In this document: piece after piece, positions 9,524 through 19,191 of the stretch
Numbering within the stretch: position 1 is the first letter of the stretch
Layout of the letters: each line of letters begins with the position of its first letter
Source: Salinivirgaceae bacterium
GTDB taxonomy: Bacteria; Bacteroidota; Bacteroidia; Bacteroidales; SZUA-534
Assembly: GCA_024405635.1 (NCBI GenBank)
Contig: JAKSOL010000006.1
Coordinates: 65,250 to 129,249 of the forward strand
Length of the DNA: 64,000 bases
Direction of reading: 5' to 3'
Notes under the pieces: model-generated
What the model was told of the DNA's origin: nothing
The model's input: the letters and a program-made list of their open reading frames with translations, nothing else
Databases searched by the model: none
Translations under genes and position numbers: made by a program

Positions 9524-11473
9524 TTACAAAAAGCTAAACTCACGACCTAAACGCATCATTTGATCGGTATAGTTTTCGGTGTAATCAACGGCCACATCAA
9601 CCCAATTATTGCCTTCCATTACTTTTGAAAGCACTGGATTTACAAATCCTCCGTAAGGTGCAAGGTTTAGTTTACGATAGCGCTCCAACACTTCGGCATG
9701 TAGTTGTTGGTCAATTTTAACTGCGTATGTTTCAACCAAATTTTTTCCAGCATCATAATCACCTTCGGACTTAATGCGCTGAATTTCAGCAAGTAATTTA
9801 CCAAACAACGAGCGTAGTTTAGTGTAATCGTTAATTGCTGTGTAAGTTTTGCCGTTAACCTTTTTCAGTTCAATTACGTTATCGGCTTGGCCATGTTCAA
9901 AGCACCATTTGGCAATGAGTTGGCGGTTGCGCATGTGCGATTCTTCAAGATCTTTTCCCAATTCAATGCGAACCAACTGCCCCATAAGTCCGTTGCGGAT
10001 ATAGCTGTCGTATTCTGCTTTGTAAGCTTCAGAGTCGGGTAGCAAACCAAGTTCAACTATTTTGTTATCAGCAATATAGTACAGAGCGAACAAATCGGCA
10101 CGAGCCTCTTCAAGAGTTGAACTATAGTTTTTAAGCGCCTCGCCACTCACTCCAGGTAGCAGTTGACCAGAACCATGACCAAGACATTCGTGCAAATCGG
10201 TGTGAAGGTTGCTTGCTTGGTATCCATACTTGCGAGTGCGAGCAATAACTTCATCATCGCAGCAAAATTCAGCAAGCGAGCCGCTACCAAGGCTTGCGCG
10301 GTCGTATGCGTAGGTTATGTTTTCAATTGTAACCGATTTTGAACCATGCTCTTTGCGAATCCAATCGGCGTTTGGCAAGTTTATGCCAATTGGTGTTGAT
10401 GGATAACAGTCGCCACCAAGTTGAACCATTGTTATAACCTTGGCTGTCACGCCTTTAACCTGTGCTTTCTTAAAGTTTTGGTTTATGGGTGCATTGTCTT
10501 CAAACCACTGTGCATTTTGGCTTATTACTTCGGTTCGGTGGGTGGCTTTAAGGTCTTTAAAATTCACTACCGATTCCCATGTTGCTTTAGTTCCAAGTGG
10601 GTCGCCATAAACTTCAATAAAGCCGTTTACAAAATCAACGCGCGAATCTAAATCTTTGACCCACAATATATTGTATTCGTCCCAAGCAACAAGACTACCA
10701 GTTTTATAATACTCAATTAGTTTTTCAATTGTTTTGCGTTGATGTTCGTTTTCGGCAAATTGTTCTGCTTCAGTTAACCATTTGATAATCTGCTCAATAG
10801 CTGCACTATATTTGCCACCTACACAATAAACTTCTTCGCAAATTTTACCATCAATCTTAACTAAACGGCTATTTAGTCCTATTGAAAGAGGACGTTCAGC
10901 ATCGGGTTGTGGTTGTGCTGCATTGTATTGTTCAACTTCGGTTTGCGACACTCCTTTGTAAAAATTGCAAGCCGAAGTGCTAACCAAATCGGCATCACCA
11001 CTTAGGTTTACGCGTTTTTGATTGGTTGTATGGTCATAAATTATATCGGTTATGCGTTGAGCAAACTGAATTGCATTTTCACCCTTTTGAGCAGGCATTT
11101 TGCTAAAATCAGAACAAACAATCAGTTCTTTGAACTCCGATTGCTCAATATCGGGGAAAAATTTGTCGGTACTGTAATGGTGATGTATTCCGTTGCTGAA
11201 CCAAACTCGCTTGGCATAGGTCAAAAATCCTTGATACTGATTGCTTGAACGGTCGGCTGTGCATGTTTCAACAACAGCATCAATAGTTTTTCTAATGCTG
11301 AGATTGTGCTCAAAAAACTGGTCAAACAAAATGTCGCGACCACAGTTTGCTGCTTGACTTAAGCAGTATAGCAATTTGCGTTGTTGCGCAGTAAGTGTTT
11401 CAAATTCAGGAATTTGATAGCGCATAATTTTTATGTCGGCAAATCGGTCAATTACGTATTCAAAATTTGACAT
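9524..11473 (-). CDS. Dipeptidyl-peptidase III (peptidase M49)
   Basis: HECLGH zinc hexapeptide, EEARAD, GINLPNADWIRKEHGSKSV. Confidence 0.95.
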   Translation of the reverse strand: MSNFEYVIDRFADIKIMRYQIPEFETLTAQQRKLLYCLSQAANCGRDILFDQFFEHNLSIRKTIDAVVETCTADRSSNQYQGFLTYAKRVWFSNGIHHHYSTDKFFPDIEQSEFKELIVCSDFSKMPAQKGENAIQFAQRITDIIYDHTTNQKRVNLSGDADLVSTSACNFYKGVSQTEVEQYNAAQPQPDAERPLSIGLNSRLVKIDGKICEEVYCVGGKYSAAIEQIIKWLTEAEQFAENEHQRKTIEKLIEYYKTGSLVAWDEYNILWVKDLDSRVDFVNGFIEVYGDPLGTKATWESVVNFKDLKATHRTEVISQNAQWFEDNAPINQNFKKAQVKGVTAKVITMVQLGGDCYPSTPIGINLPNADWIRKEHGSKSVTIENITYAYDRASLGSGSLAEFCCDDEVIARTRKYGYQASNLHTDLHECLGHGSGQLLPGVSGEALKNYSSTLEEARADLFALYYIADNKIVELGLLPDSEAYKAEYDSYIRNGLMGQLVRIELGKDLEESHMRNRQLIAKWCFEHGQADNVIELKKVNGKTYTAINDYTKLRSLFGKLLAEIQRIKSEGDYDAGKNLVETYAVKIDQQLHAEVLERYRKLNLAPYGGFVNPVLSKVMEGNNWVDVAVDYTENYTDQMMRLGREFSFL

Positions 11474-11536
11474 GGTATATTGTTTTAGTTATTTACATTA
11501 AATGTTGATTTTTAGATACTTATAGTGGTTTTTGGT

Positions 11537-12556
11537 TTATTTATAAAAGTTCTTTACAAATCCAGTAGTATCAAATTGTTGTTTTAAAATCAGTCGGCAC
11601 CAAACTGCTTTAACAAATCCCATTCCGTATCCACACAATTGCACCCAAGCCGCAGGAACGGATTTTATGCCAACCAAAAAACCATTGCGTGCGGTTGAGT
11701 CGGCAAGAATCAGTAATGAAAACAACAACTGTGGAACGATGCACAACAAGCTGAACATTAAGCTTTTAAAGGTTATTGAAACAGCCAAACAAACTATTAG
11801 AAACACATTGCCTAAAAAGAAAGCTGCAGGCAAAGTATGAACAAGTTTTAACGACCCTTTGTGGCGCACATTTAAGTTGATGCGGGCGCAACCCGAATTA
11901 AATACCTGGCGATAGAATTTGCGCAAATCGGTGCGGCGTTTATGGTAAACAAAAGCATCTTTAATCAACTTGGTTGACAAACCAGCTTCCAATATTCGAA
12001 GTGTGAGGTCAATGTCTTCGCCAAAACGCATGGTAGAGTAGCCGCCAGTTTTTGCAAACGCATCTTTGGCAATTCCCATATTGAAACTGCGAGGGTGAAA
12101 TTTTCCTGCTTTTTCGCTACCACCTCTAATTCCGCCAGTGGTTAAAAACGATGTCATTGCGTACCCTATGGCTTTTTGTGTAACGGTAAAGTTGGGAAGA
12201 GTGGCATCGGGGCCACCAAAAGCATCAACATATTCTTTTTCAAGCGATTGCAACACTATCTCGATGTAGTTTTGGGGAATAATGCAGTCGGAGTCGAAAA
12301 AGATGAGATAATTGCCGCTTGCGCGTTCTGCTCCATAATTACGGGTTTGGCCTGGTCCTGAATTGTCTTTGTAAAAGTATTTAACGTTCAATTTGTTAGC
12401 ATAACCATTTACAATGTCTTCGCTTTTGTTGGTTGACCCATCTTCAACTACAATCACCTCAAAATTCTTATTTGTTTGATTAACAAGACTTTGTAGCAAT
12501 TCGTCAATTTCTTGCGGTCTGTTGTAAAGTGGGACTATAATTGAAATCTGAATCAT
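11537..12556 (-). CDS. Glycosyltransferase family 2
   Basis: SIIVPLYNR, VVEDGS, FFDSDC, GEDIDL. Confidence 0.9.
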   Translation of the reverse strand: MIQISIIVPLYNRPQEIDELLQSLVNQTNKNFEVIVVEDGSTNKSEDIVNGYANKLNVKYFYKDNSGPGQTRNYGAERASGNYLIFFDSDCIIPQNYIEIVLQSLEKEYVDAFGGPDATLPNFTVTQKAIGYAMTSFLTTGGIRGGSEKAGKFHPRSFNMGIAKDAFAKTGGYSTMRFGEDIDLTLRILEAGLSTKLIKDAFVYHKRRTDLRKFYRQVFNSGCARINLNVRHKGSLKLVHTLPAAFFLGNVFLIVCLAVSITFKSLMFSLLCIVPQLLFSLLILADSTARNGFLVGIKSVPAAWVQLCGYGMGFVKAVWCRLILKQQFDTTGFVKNFYK

Positions 12557-12574
12557 GGTTGTTTTTTAATTAAC

Positions 12575-14575
12575 TTACTTACTTGCCAATATTTTTTGGA
12601 GTTCAAACATCTCGTCGCGTAAACGCGCAGCCTCTGCAAATTCCATTTTTTCAGCAGCTTTTTCCATTTGTCGTTTTGTTTTTTCAATGGCTTTATGCAG
12701 TTGGTCTTTGGTCATGTAGCCCACAACTGGGTCGGCAGCTATACTTGGACTTTCAGGCTCTTCGTAATATTGTTTGTTAGGCTCGGCATTGAGCGTATTG
12801 TGCTTGTTTTTAACAATTTGGGTTGGAGTTATTCCATTTTCTTCGTTATAACGAATTTGTTTTTCGCGTCGACGGTTGGTTTCGTCAATAGTTCTTTGCA
12901 TCGAGTCGGTAATAGTATCGGCATACATAATCACCATTCCGTTTACGTTACGAGCAGCACGTCCTGCAGTTTGGGTAAGCGAACGTGTATCGCGCAAAAA
13001 ACCTTCTTTATCGGCATCAAGAATAGCAACTAACGAAACTTCGGGAAGGTCCAAACCTTCGCGCAAAAGGTTAACTCCAACAAGCACATCAAACAGCCCA
13101 TTTCGCAAGTCCTCTAGTATTTGCACACGGTCAAGTGTCGAAACATCGCTGTGAATGTAGTTTGAACGTATGCCCATTTTTGTAAGATATTTCTGAAGCT
13201 CTTCTGCCATGCGTTTGGTTAGGGTAGTAACCAAAATTCGTTCGTCTTTGGCGGCGCGAATGTTTATTTCGGCTATTAAATCGTCAATTTGGTTCAAACT
13301 TGGGCGTACATCAATTTTAGGATCTAGCAAACCTGTTGGACGTATAACCTGATCGACTACAATGCCTCCGCTTTTAACAAGTTCATATTCGGCAGGAGTG
13401 GCGCTAACGTAAACCATTTGGTCGGTTAATGCTTCAAACTCGTCGAATTTTAGCGGACGGTTATCAAGCGCAGCAGGTAAACGGAAACCATATTCAACCA
13501 AGTTCTCTTTGCGTGCTCTATCGCCTCCAAACATTGCACGTATTTGCGGAACGGTTACGTGACTTTCATCAATTACAGTTACAAAATCTTTTGGGAAATA
13601 GTCGAGTAGGCAGAAAGGGCGCGAACCTGCCGCTCGGCCATCAAAGTAGCGCGAATAGTTTTCAACACCAGGACAATAGCCAATCTCTTTAATCATTTCC
13701 ATGTCGTAGTTTACGCGTTCTTCAAGGCGTTTTGCTTCAAGCGTACGGCTACATTCACGCAAATCGTTTAGTCGCAAAGTAAGGTCGTCTTGTATTTGGC
13801 TAATTGCCTTGTGAATGCGTTCTTGTGTGGTTACAAACATGTTGGCTGGATAGATGTTAATTTGGTCTATTCGGTCAAGAATGTTGCCACTCACAGGGTC
13901 AATCATCATTAGTTCGTCAATGTCGTCGCCCCAAAACGATACGCGGCAAGCTGTGTCGCCGTAAGCCATAAACACATCAACCGAATCGCCCCGAACACGG
14001 AATGTACCACGCTCAAAAGCCACTTCGTTTCGAAAATAGAGCGCATCGACTAAACGGCGCAAAAAGTTGTTGCGACCAATGGAATCGCCAACCTTTAAAG
14101 CTATGCTGTTGCTATAAAAATCCTCGGGATTGCCAATGCCATACAAGCACGATACCGACGAAATAACAATAACATCGCGGCGGCCCGACAATAATGCCGA
14201 GGTGGCACTTAATCGCAGTTTTTCAATCTCGTCGTTTATTGCCAAATCTTTTTCAATGTATGTGTCGGTTACTGGCAAATAGGCTTCGGGCTGATAGTAA
14301 TCGTAGTACGAAACAAAGTACTCAACTGCGTTATCGGGAAAAAACGATTTGAACTCTTGATAAAGTTGAGCCGCCAACGTTTTGTTGTGACTCAAAATAA
14401 GAGCAGGGCGTTGCACACGCTCAAGCATATTGGCAATGGTAAACGTTTTTCCAGAGCCAGTTACACCAAGCAAAGTTTGATGCTGAACGCCATCAAGTAT
14501 GCCTTGTGCCAGTTCGTCAATTGCGTGAGGCTGGTCGCCTGTGGGTTTATATGGCGATACTAATTTTAGGTTCAT
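12575..14575 (-). CDS. uvrB: Excinuclease ABC subunit B
   Basis: GVTGSGKT Walker A, YYDYYQPEAY beta-hairpin, DESHVT, QTAGRAARN, C-terminal UVR coiled coil. Confidence 0.98.
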   Translation of the reverse strand: MNLKLVSPYKPTGDQPHAIDELAQGILDGVQHQTLLGVTGSGKTFTIANMLERVQRPALILSHNKTLAAQLYQEFKSFFPDNAVEYFVSYYDYYQPEAYLPVTDTYIEKDLAINDEIEKLRLSATSALLSGRRDVIVISSVSCLYGIGNPEDFYSNSIALKVGDSIGRNNFLRRLVDALYFRNEVAFERGTFRVRGDSVDVFMAYGDTACRVSFWGDDIDELMMIDPVSGNILDRIDQINIYPANMFVTTQERIHKAISQIQDDLTLRLNDLRECSRTLEAKRLEERVNYDMEMIKEIGYCPGVENYSRYFDGRAAGSRPFCLLDYFPKDFVTVIDESHVTVPQIRAMFGGDRARKENLVEYGFRLPAALDNRPLKFDEFEALTDQMVYVSATPAEYELVKSGGIVVDQVIRPTGLLDPKIDVRPSLNQIDDLIAEINIRAAKDERILVTTLTKRMAEELQKYLTKMGIRSNYIHSDVSTLDRVQILEDLRNGLFDVLVGVNLLREGLDLPEVSLVAILDADKEGFLRDTRSLTQTAGRAARNVNGMVIMYADTITDSMQRTIDETNRRREKQIRYNEENGITPTQIVKNKHNTLNAEPNKQYYEEPESPSIAADPVVGYMTKDQLHKAIEKTKRQMEKAAEKMEFAEAARLRDEMFELQKILASK

Positions 14576-15585
14576 TTGCAGAATATCATATAAACGGGAA
14601 AATGATCGCTAACACCGCCTTTGTAGCTATTGCCAACGTATGTTCGTGAAGGAACATTTGCTCCGCTTTTGTCGGCAAAGCAAATCCATTCAGGAGTATG
14701 TATAAATCCTTCGTCGCCATAAAGCCTGAAACCACTTTTGCATGTTGTAAGGTTGCGGCTAACAATCAAATTGTCGAGCATCGAAAAATCGTTTTGGTAG
14801 AAATATGTTCCCCAGTCGTTAACTTCAAACTGATACATAATGTTTACCAAATCGCTTTGAGCACTTATCTCTTTAGCGCCAAGTATTTTGTACGGACTGT
14901 CGTTTGCTGGTTCATCGTTAAAGTCGCCCATAATAAGCACATTTGCATCTTTGTTTATAGCAAAAAGCGAGTCAACCGAATGGCGTAGAGTAGCGGCACA
15001 GCGTTCGCGTTTGGGTTGCGATTCAAGCATTCCTCCAATGCGCGACGACCAATGGTTTACAAAAAGATGCAAAGTATCGGTTCCACATAATCCTTTAACA
15101 TACAAAATGTTGCGTGTAGGTTTGCCCGATTTGAGCACAACACGAATCGATTTGTGGCTGATGTAATTGAATGTTTTTGGATTGTAAAGCAAACCGCAAT
15201 CAATGCCACGCGGATCGGGCCCTTCGTCAAGAATGGCTTTGTAACCAGCTTTTGCCAATGCAGATTGGGCTGCAAGGTCGTTTAGTACGTTAATGTTTTC
15301 GGCCTCAATAATGCCAACCACATCGGGTAAACTTTTGGGGCAGATGCTGCTGATAACTTTTGCTACATCGGCCAATTTTTTATTGTAACGCTCGGTTGTC
15401 CATTTGTACTTTCCATTTGGTGTAAAATCCGAATCTTGTTTTCCTGCAACGTCAATCGTATCAAACAGATTTTCAACATTATAACTTGCAACAGTAAAGT
15501 ATCGTTTCGATTTCCATCGGCTTGGTTGAGCAATTAAAACAACCGTAGTAAAAATGGCAATGCAAACAAGTGTAGTCTTTTTCAT
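14572..15585 (-). CDS. Secreted endonuclease/exonuclease/phosphatase family protein
   Basis: YNVENLFD, DPRGID, NHWSSR, MGDFND, SDHFPV; signal peptide; ATGA overlap with uvrB. Confidence 0.9.
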   Translation of the reverse strand: MKKTTLVCIAIFTTVVLIAQPSRWKSKRYFTVASYNVENLFDTIDVAGKQDSDFTPNGKYKWTTERYNKKLADVAKVISSICPKSLPDVVGIIEAENINVLNDLAAQSALAKAGYKAILDEGPDPRGIDCGLLYNPKTFNYISHKSIRVVLKSGKPTRNILYVKGLCGTDTLHLFVNHWSSRIGGMLESQPKRERCAATLRHSVDSLFAINKDANVLIMGDFNDEPANDSPYKILGAKEISAQSDLVNIMYQFEVNDWGTYFYQNDFSMLDNLIVSRNLTTCKSGFRLYGDEGFIHTPEWICFADKSGANVPSRTYVGNSYKGGVSDHFPVYMIFCK

Positions 15586-15606
15586 AGTTCAGCTTTTAAC
15601 AAACCG

Positions 15607-15614
15607 CAAATCTA
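15607..15614 (-). promoter_or_regulatory. Bacteroidetes -7 promoter element for the EEP-uvrB operon
   Basis: TAGATTTG on the minus strand matches TAnnTTTG, about 20 nt upstream of ATG 15585. Confidence 0.6.
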
Positions 15615-15671
15615 CTATTTTTTGACCGTGTTTAGGGCGCATTTTCCACCTTATGACGTTTGTAAAAACAT

Positions 15672-15679
15672 TATTTTTG
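15672..15679 (+). promoter_or_regulatory. Bacteroidetes -7 promoter element for the nitroreductase gene
   Basis: TATTTTTG matches TAnnTTTG upstream of ATG 15713. Confidence 0.5.
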
Positions 15680-15712
15680 CCAACAATGTATCAATCAAAT
15701 TATCAATTGAAT

Positions 15713-16342
15713 ATGAAAAAACAGCTATTCTTTTTAATGGCAATTGCATCGGTAATGATTACTAGTTGCCAAAGTAAAACTAACGAGCAACCAACAACCG
15801 AACAAGTTGTGGTTGACAATATTATGGCTCGCCGCAGTGTTCGACAATACAAACAAGAGCCAGTTAAGCGCGAGCAAATGGAAACAATAGTAAAATGTGG
15901 CATTAACGCTCCAAATGCTATGAACAAGCAGGCTTGGGAAGTGCGCGTGTTAGATAACAAGGCCGATATTGATAGCATCAGTAAAATTTATTTGGCAGCC
16001 AATCCTCGTTATGCTGCCGAATCAACTTTCCGCAACATGTTTCGCAATGCACCTACTGTTGCATTTTTAGCCGCACCTGCAAACCCAAATTTTATGGAGG
16101 TAATAAACATTGGTCTTATGGCCGAAAACATGATGCTAGCTGCACAATCAATGGGCATTGGCACATGTTGCTTGGGCGGCCCGGTTTATTTCCTTAACGA
16201 TAATCCTGATGCCAAATTCTTTATCAACAAACTCAACTTTAGTGCCGACTACCAATTGGTGCTAGTTTTAGCGTTTGGTTATCCCGACGAAAATCCCGGA
16301 GCTAAACCTCGCGACGAAAGCAAAGTGATATTCATTGACTAA
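15713..16342 (+). CDS. Nitroreductase family lipoprotein
   Basis: RRSVRQY, APNAMNKQAW, ENMMLAAQSMGIGTC, FGYPDE; lipobox ITSC; ATG 15713. Confidence 0.9.
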   Translation: MKKQLFFLMAIASVMITSCQSKTNEQPTTEQVVVDNIMARRSVRQYKQEPVKREQMETIVKCGINAPNAMNKQAWEVRVLDNKADIDSISKIYLAANPRYAAESTFRNMFRNAPTVAFLAAPANPNFMEVINIGLMAENMMLAAQSMGIGTCCLGGPVYFLNDNPDAKFFINKLNFSADYQLVLVLAFGYPDENPGAKPRDESKVIFID

Positions 16343-16348
16343 CAAAAT

Positions 16349-16430
16349 AAAGGGTTGACAAAACGTCGGCCCTTTTTTGTTTAAACTCACCAACGGACAG
16401 CATTATACTTAGTGCATGTCCGTTTTTATT
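16349..16430 (+). terminator. Two tandem terminator-like hairpins
   Basis: AAAGGGTTGAC/GTCGGCCCTTT + T-run, then AACGGACA/TGTCCGTT + T-run. Confidence 0.65.
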
Positions 16431-16490
16431 ATTTTTACGCCCAAAATTTAAGGTTACATCAACCTTGCTTCACTTTTTGATATATTTCTT

Positions 16491-17957
16491 ATGAGACGAT
16501 ACTTTCTTGTTGATTATGAGAATGTTCCGGGCGGAATAGTTGGAATAAACCAACTAGAAAAAACCGATACCGTTTGCATATTTTATAGCGAAAAATCGAA
16601 ACAAAGCTTGCCTATGATTGACACCAAAGCAGCCATTGAGTCAATTTTGGTAAAAACCATAGGAACAGGCAACACATACGCTAGCCAAGCTCTTGATTTT
16701 CAACTTGCAACCTACCTGGGTTCTATGGCAGTAAAACGTTCAAATCCACAAGTGTACGTTGTATCGCGCGACACTGGTTTTGACTTTGTTTGCTCGTTTT
16801 GGAAAGAGCGAAGCGTATCGGCCGAACGCGTTACATCGATATTAAAAGTTGTTGACCCAAATTCAGAAAGTTCAGGTTTGCTTTTGCCAGAAAATGCCGA
16901 GCAAGCCATTGCAACAATACGCAACATACAATCAATGGTGTTTGATGTTGTTGCCGATAAAGTGATAGCCTATCGCATTGTGGAATTACTATTGGTTGAA
17001 CATAGCGACACAATTCTTGGTGCAACTAACAAGTATTTAGCCAAAACAATGCACTCTAACGAAAAAGTGCAAAGCTTGTTTAATCAACTTAAACCTTTGT
17101 TGCTGAAACTGCAAAGCGGTGGCCATGTGTTGCCCAAAACTAAACTCGCAGCAAACGTTGATTTAGCCTTGTTTGACGAAATTTACGCCATAACAAACAA
17201 CCGCGCAATGGCTTGCATGATTCTCGACTGCATTGAGCAAAAACTTGGTCGTCAAGAAATTAACCTGATGCTTACACGCTATTTGCGCGACCCTGAAAAA
17301 ATGAAGGTATTGCACACAACCCTAAAACCAATACTTGTTGCTCATTGCCCTAAAAATTCAACAAATAAAGCCGAACAACTTGTGCAAAAAGCCGAAAAAG
17401 AAGTAGGCGAGTCTGTTGAAAAAACATCAACCAACAAAAAAAAGAAAAACCAACCCAACAATCAAAAAACCAAAGCGCAAACTGAACCAAAAACTAAAGC
17501 CAAATCAAAGGCAAAAACCAAGGCCGAAACAAAAGAGCAACCCGAACCTAAGACCAAAATAACTCCACGCTATACCGAGTCGCACACCAACATTGACGAA
17601 CTGCGCAACCAAATTGAAACCATTACCGCAAATAGCAACTTTGCAAGCCAAATTGCACCACAATTGCTTGATGCCGAAAATTGGGGAGACCCAACGTTTG
17701 AAAAATTTGCAAAAGCAATGCGAATTAAACTCACAAACAACCCAAATCTACCTAATTTGTACCACCAAATGCAAAAAGCCATTTCCGACGAGTTTTTGGC
17801 TTATTTAATTACATGCTTAGCCGATGCAAATATTTCATATAGTGATATTTACGGTTATGTATTTAGTTATAAACGCACCAATTCCGAGTCGGGTATGGCA
17901 TACCAAAAAGTTAAAAACTTTTTACGCCAATTTTTTGCAAAAATCGAAGCTAAATAA
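16491..17957 (+). CDS. PIN-like (NYN/PIN7-type) domain protein with repeated helical C-terminal modules
   Basis: YFLVDYENV, IFYS, ALDFQLATYLG, VVSRDTGFD acidic motifs. Confidence 0.75.
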   Translation: MRRYFLVDYENVPGGIVGINQLEKTDTVCIFYSEKSKQSLPMIDTKAAIESILVKTIGTGNTYASQALDFQLATYLGSMAVKRSNPQVYVVSRDTGFDFVCSFWKERSVSAERVTSILKVVDPNSESSGLLLPENAEQAIATIRNIQSMVFDVVADKVIAYRIVELLLVEHSDTILGATNKYLAKTMHSNEKVQSLFNQLKPLLLKLQSGGHVLPKTKLAANVDLALFDEIYAITNNRAMACMILDCIEQKLGRQEINLMLTRYLRDPEKMKVLHTTLKPILVAHCPKNSTNKAEQLVQKAEKEVGESVEKTSTNKKKKNQPNNQKTKAQTEPKTKAKSKAKTKAETKEQPEPKTKITPRYTESHTNIDELRNQIETITANSNFASQIAPQLLDAENWGDPTFEKFAKAMRIKLTNNPNLPNLYHQMQKAISDEFLAYLITCLADANISYSDIYGYVFSYKRTNSESGMAYQKVKNFLRQFFAKIEAK

Positions 17958-18074
17958 TTGTAATTCAAAACATTATTCAATAGGGTAGTGCTCAACCCAC
18001 AACACTTTATGAACACACCAAAAATGGCACGTTTTTTTGCCTAATTTTACACCGCATTAAAAGTCTGAAACACA

Positions 18075-19118
18075 ATGATTAGCAAATACATTAAACGGAT
18101 TATTGAGACCGAACTTAAAGACAACAATAAAGTTCGAGTTATTATCCCAACATTTGGTGCACTTTTGGTCGATGGTGATACTAATGGAATTAAAGATATT
18201 CGCTTTAATTCATATCTAAAATGGCCCGATGGCGTCATTGTTAACGAAATGATTAAGAACGGTGATGTAAAACAAAGTTCAGAAGGCCAAACCATTATCA
18301 ATAAATTTATTGAAGAAGTAAAACAAACAACCAATAAAGGTGAAGCTTATCCAATTGCCGATTTGGGCTATTTTACACGCAATCAGCAAGATTTGGTGTT
18401 TGTAGTTGGCGAAATGCCAAAAAACAATGCAACCGAAAATGTTGCTGAAGAAACACCCAAAACTGAGCAACCATTACAAGCAGAAGACTCAGAACAAGCA
18501 GAGCAACAAATTGAAATAGAGCCTATGCTTGAACCCGAGCCAGAAGAGACAACCGAACAAAAATCGGAGCCAGCAGAAACAACTTCTACCACAAAAAAAG
18601 AAACAACAACAATTACAAATAACTATCAGAAAATGGAAATTAAAACAAAATCAAACGTTGGCAAAATAGCGGTTATTGTTGCCATAGTAGTAATTCTTGT
18701 AGCAACTGCATGGGCTGTTTACAGTTTCGGATTGCTAAACAATCTTTTCAAATCAAAAACTGAACCAGCTCCAGTTCAAGAAGTTGTGGTTGATACAATG
18801 CCAGCAATTGACACTGTTGCTGTTGATTCGGTTGAAGTTGTTGATGTTGAAGAGGAAGTGGCAGTTGAAGAACCTACACAAATCGACCCAAATGCTCGCA
18901 TGTTCTATGTAGTTGCTGGTAGTTTTATGGAGGCTAAATATGCCGAGGCTTATAGCCAAAAATTATCTTCTGAAGGCTTTACAACTCGTGTAGTTGTAGG
19001 TCGCAGCGGTTTCAACTATGTTACACTTGGTGCATTTGAAACTCGCCCAGAAGCCGTTTCAATGATGCGCGAACAACGCAACCAGTTTGCTGAGCAACTT
19101 TGGATTCTTTATAAATAA
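18075..19118 (+). CDS. HU/CCDC81-like N-domain + TM + SPOR domain protein
   Basis: RVIIPTFGALL and IADLGYF HU-like segments; one TM helix; YVVAGSF...A...LS.EGF SPOR motif. Confidence 0.8.
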   Translation: MISKYIKRIIETELKDNNKVRVIIPTFGALLVDGDTNGIKDIRFNSYLKWPDGVIVNEMIKNGDVKQSSEGQTIINKFIEEVKQTTNKGEAYPIADLGYFTRNQQDLVFVVGEMPKNNATENVAEETPKTEQPLQAEDSEQAEQQIEIEPMLEPEPEETTEQKSEPAETTSTTKKETTTITNNYQKMEIKTKSNVGKIAVIVAIVVILVATAWAVYSFGLLNNLFKSKTEPAPVQEVVVDTMPAIDTVAVDSVEVVDVEEEVAVEEPTQIDPNARMFYVVAGSFMEAKYAEAYSQKLSSEGFTTRVVVGRSGFNYVTLGAFETRPEAVSMMREQRNQFAEQLWILYK

Positions 19119-19136
19119 ACAACCAAAAGCAAAAAC

Positions 19137-19170
19137 AAAAGGCTGCTTGCTTTGCGGGCGGCCTTTTCGT
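19137..19170 (+). terminator. Intrinsic terminator
   Basis: AAAAGGCTGCTTGC/GCGGGCGGCCTTTT hairpin. Confidence 0.7.
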
Positions 19171-19191
19171 TTATAATAACGACTACTCATT

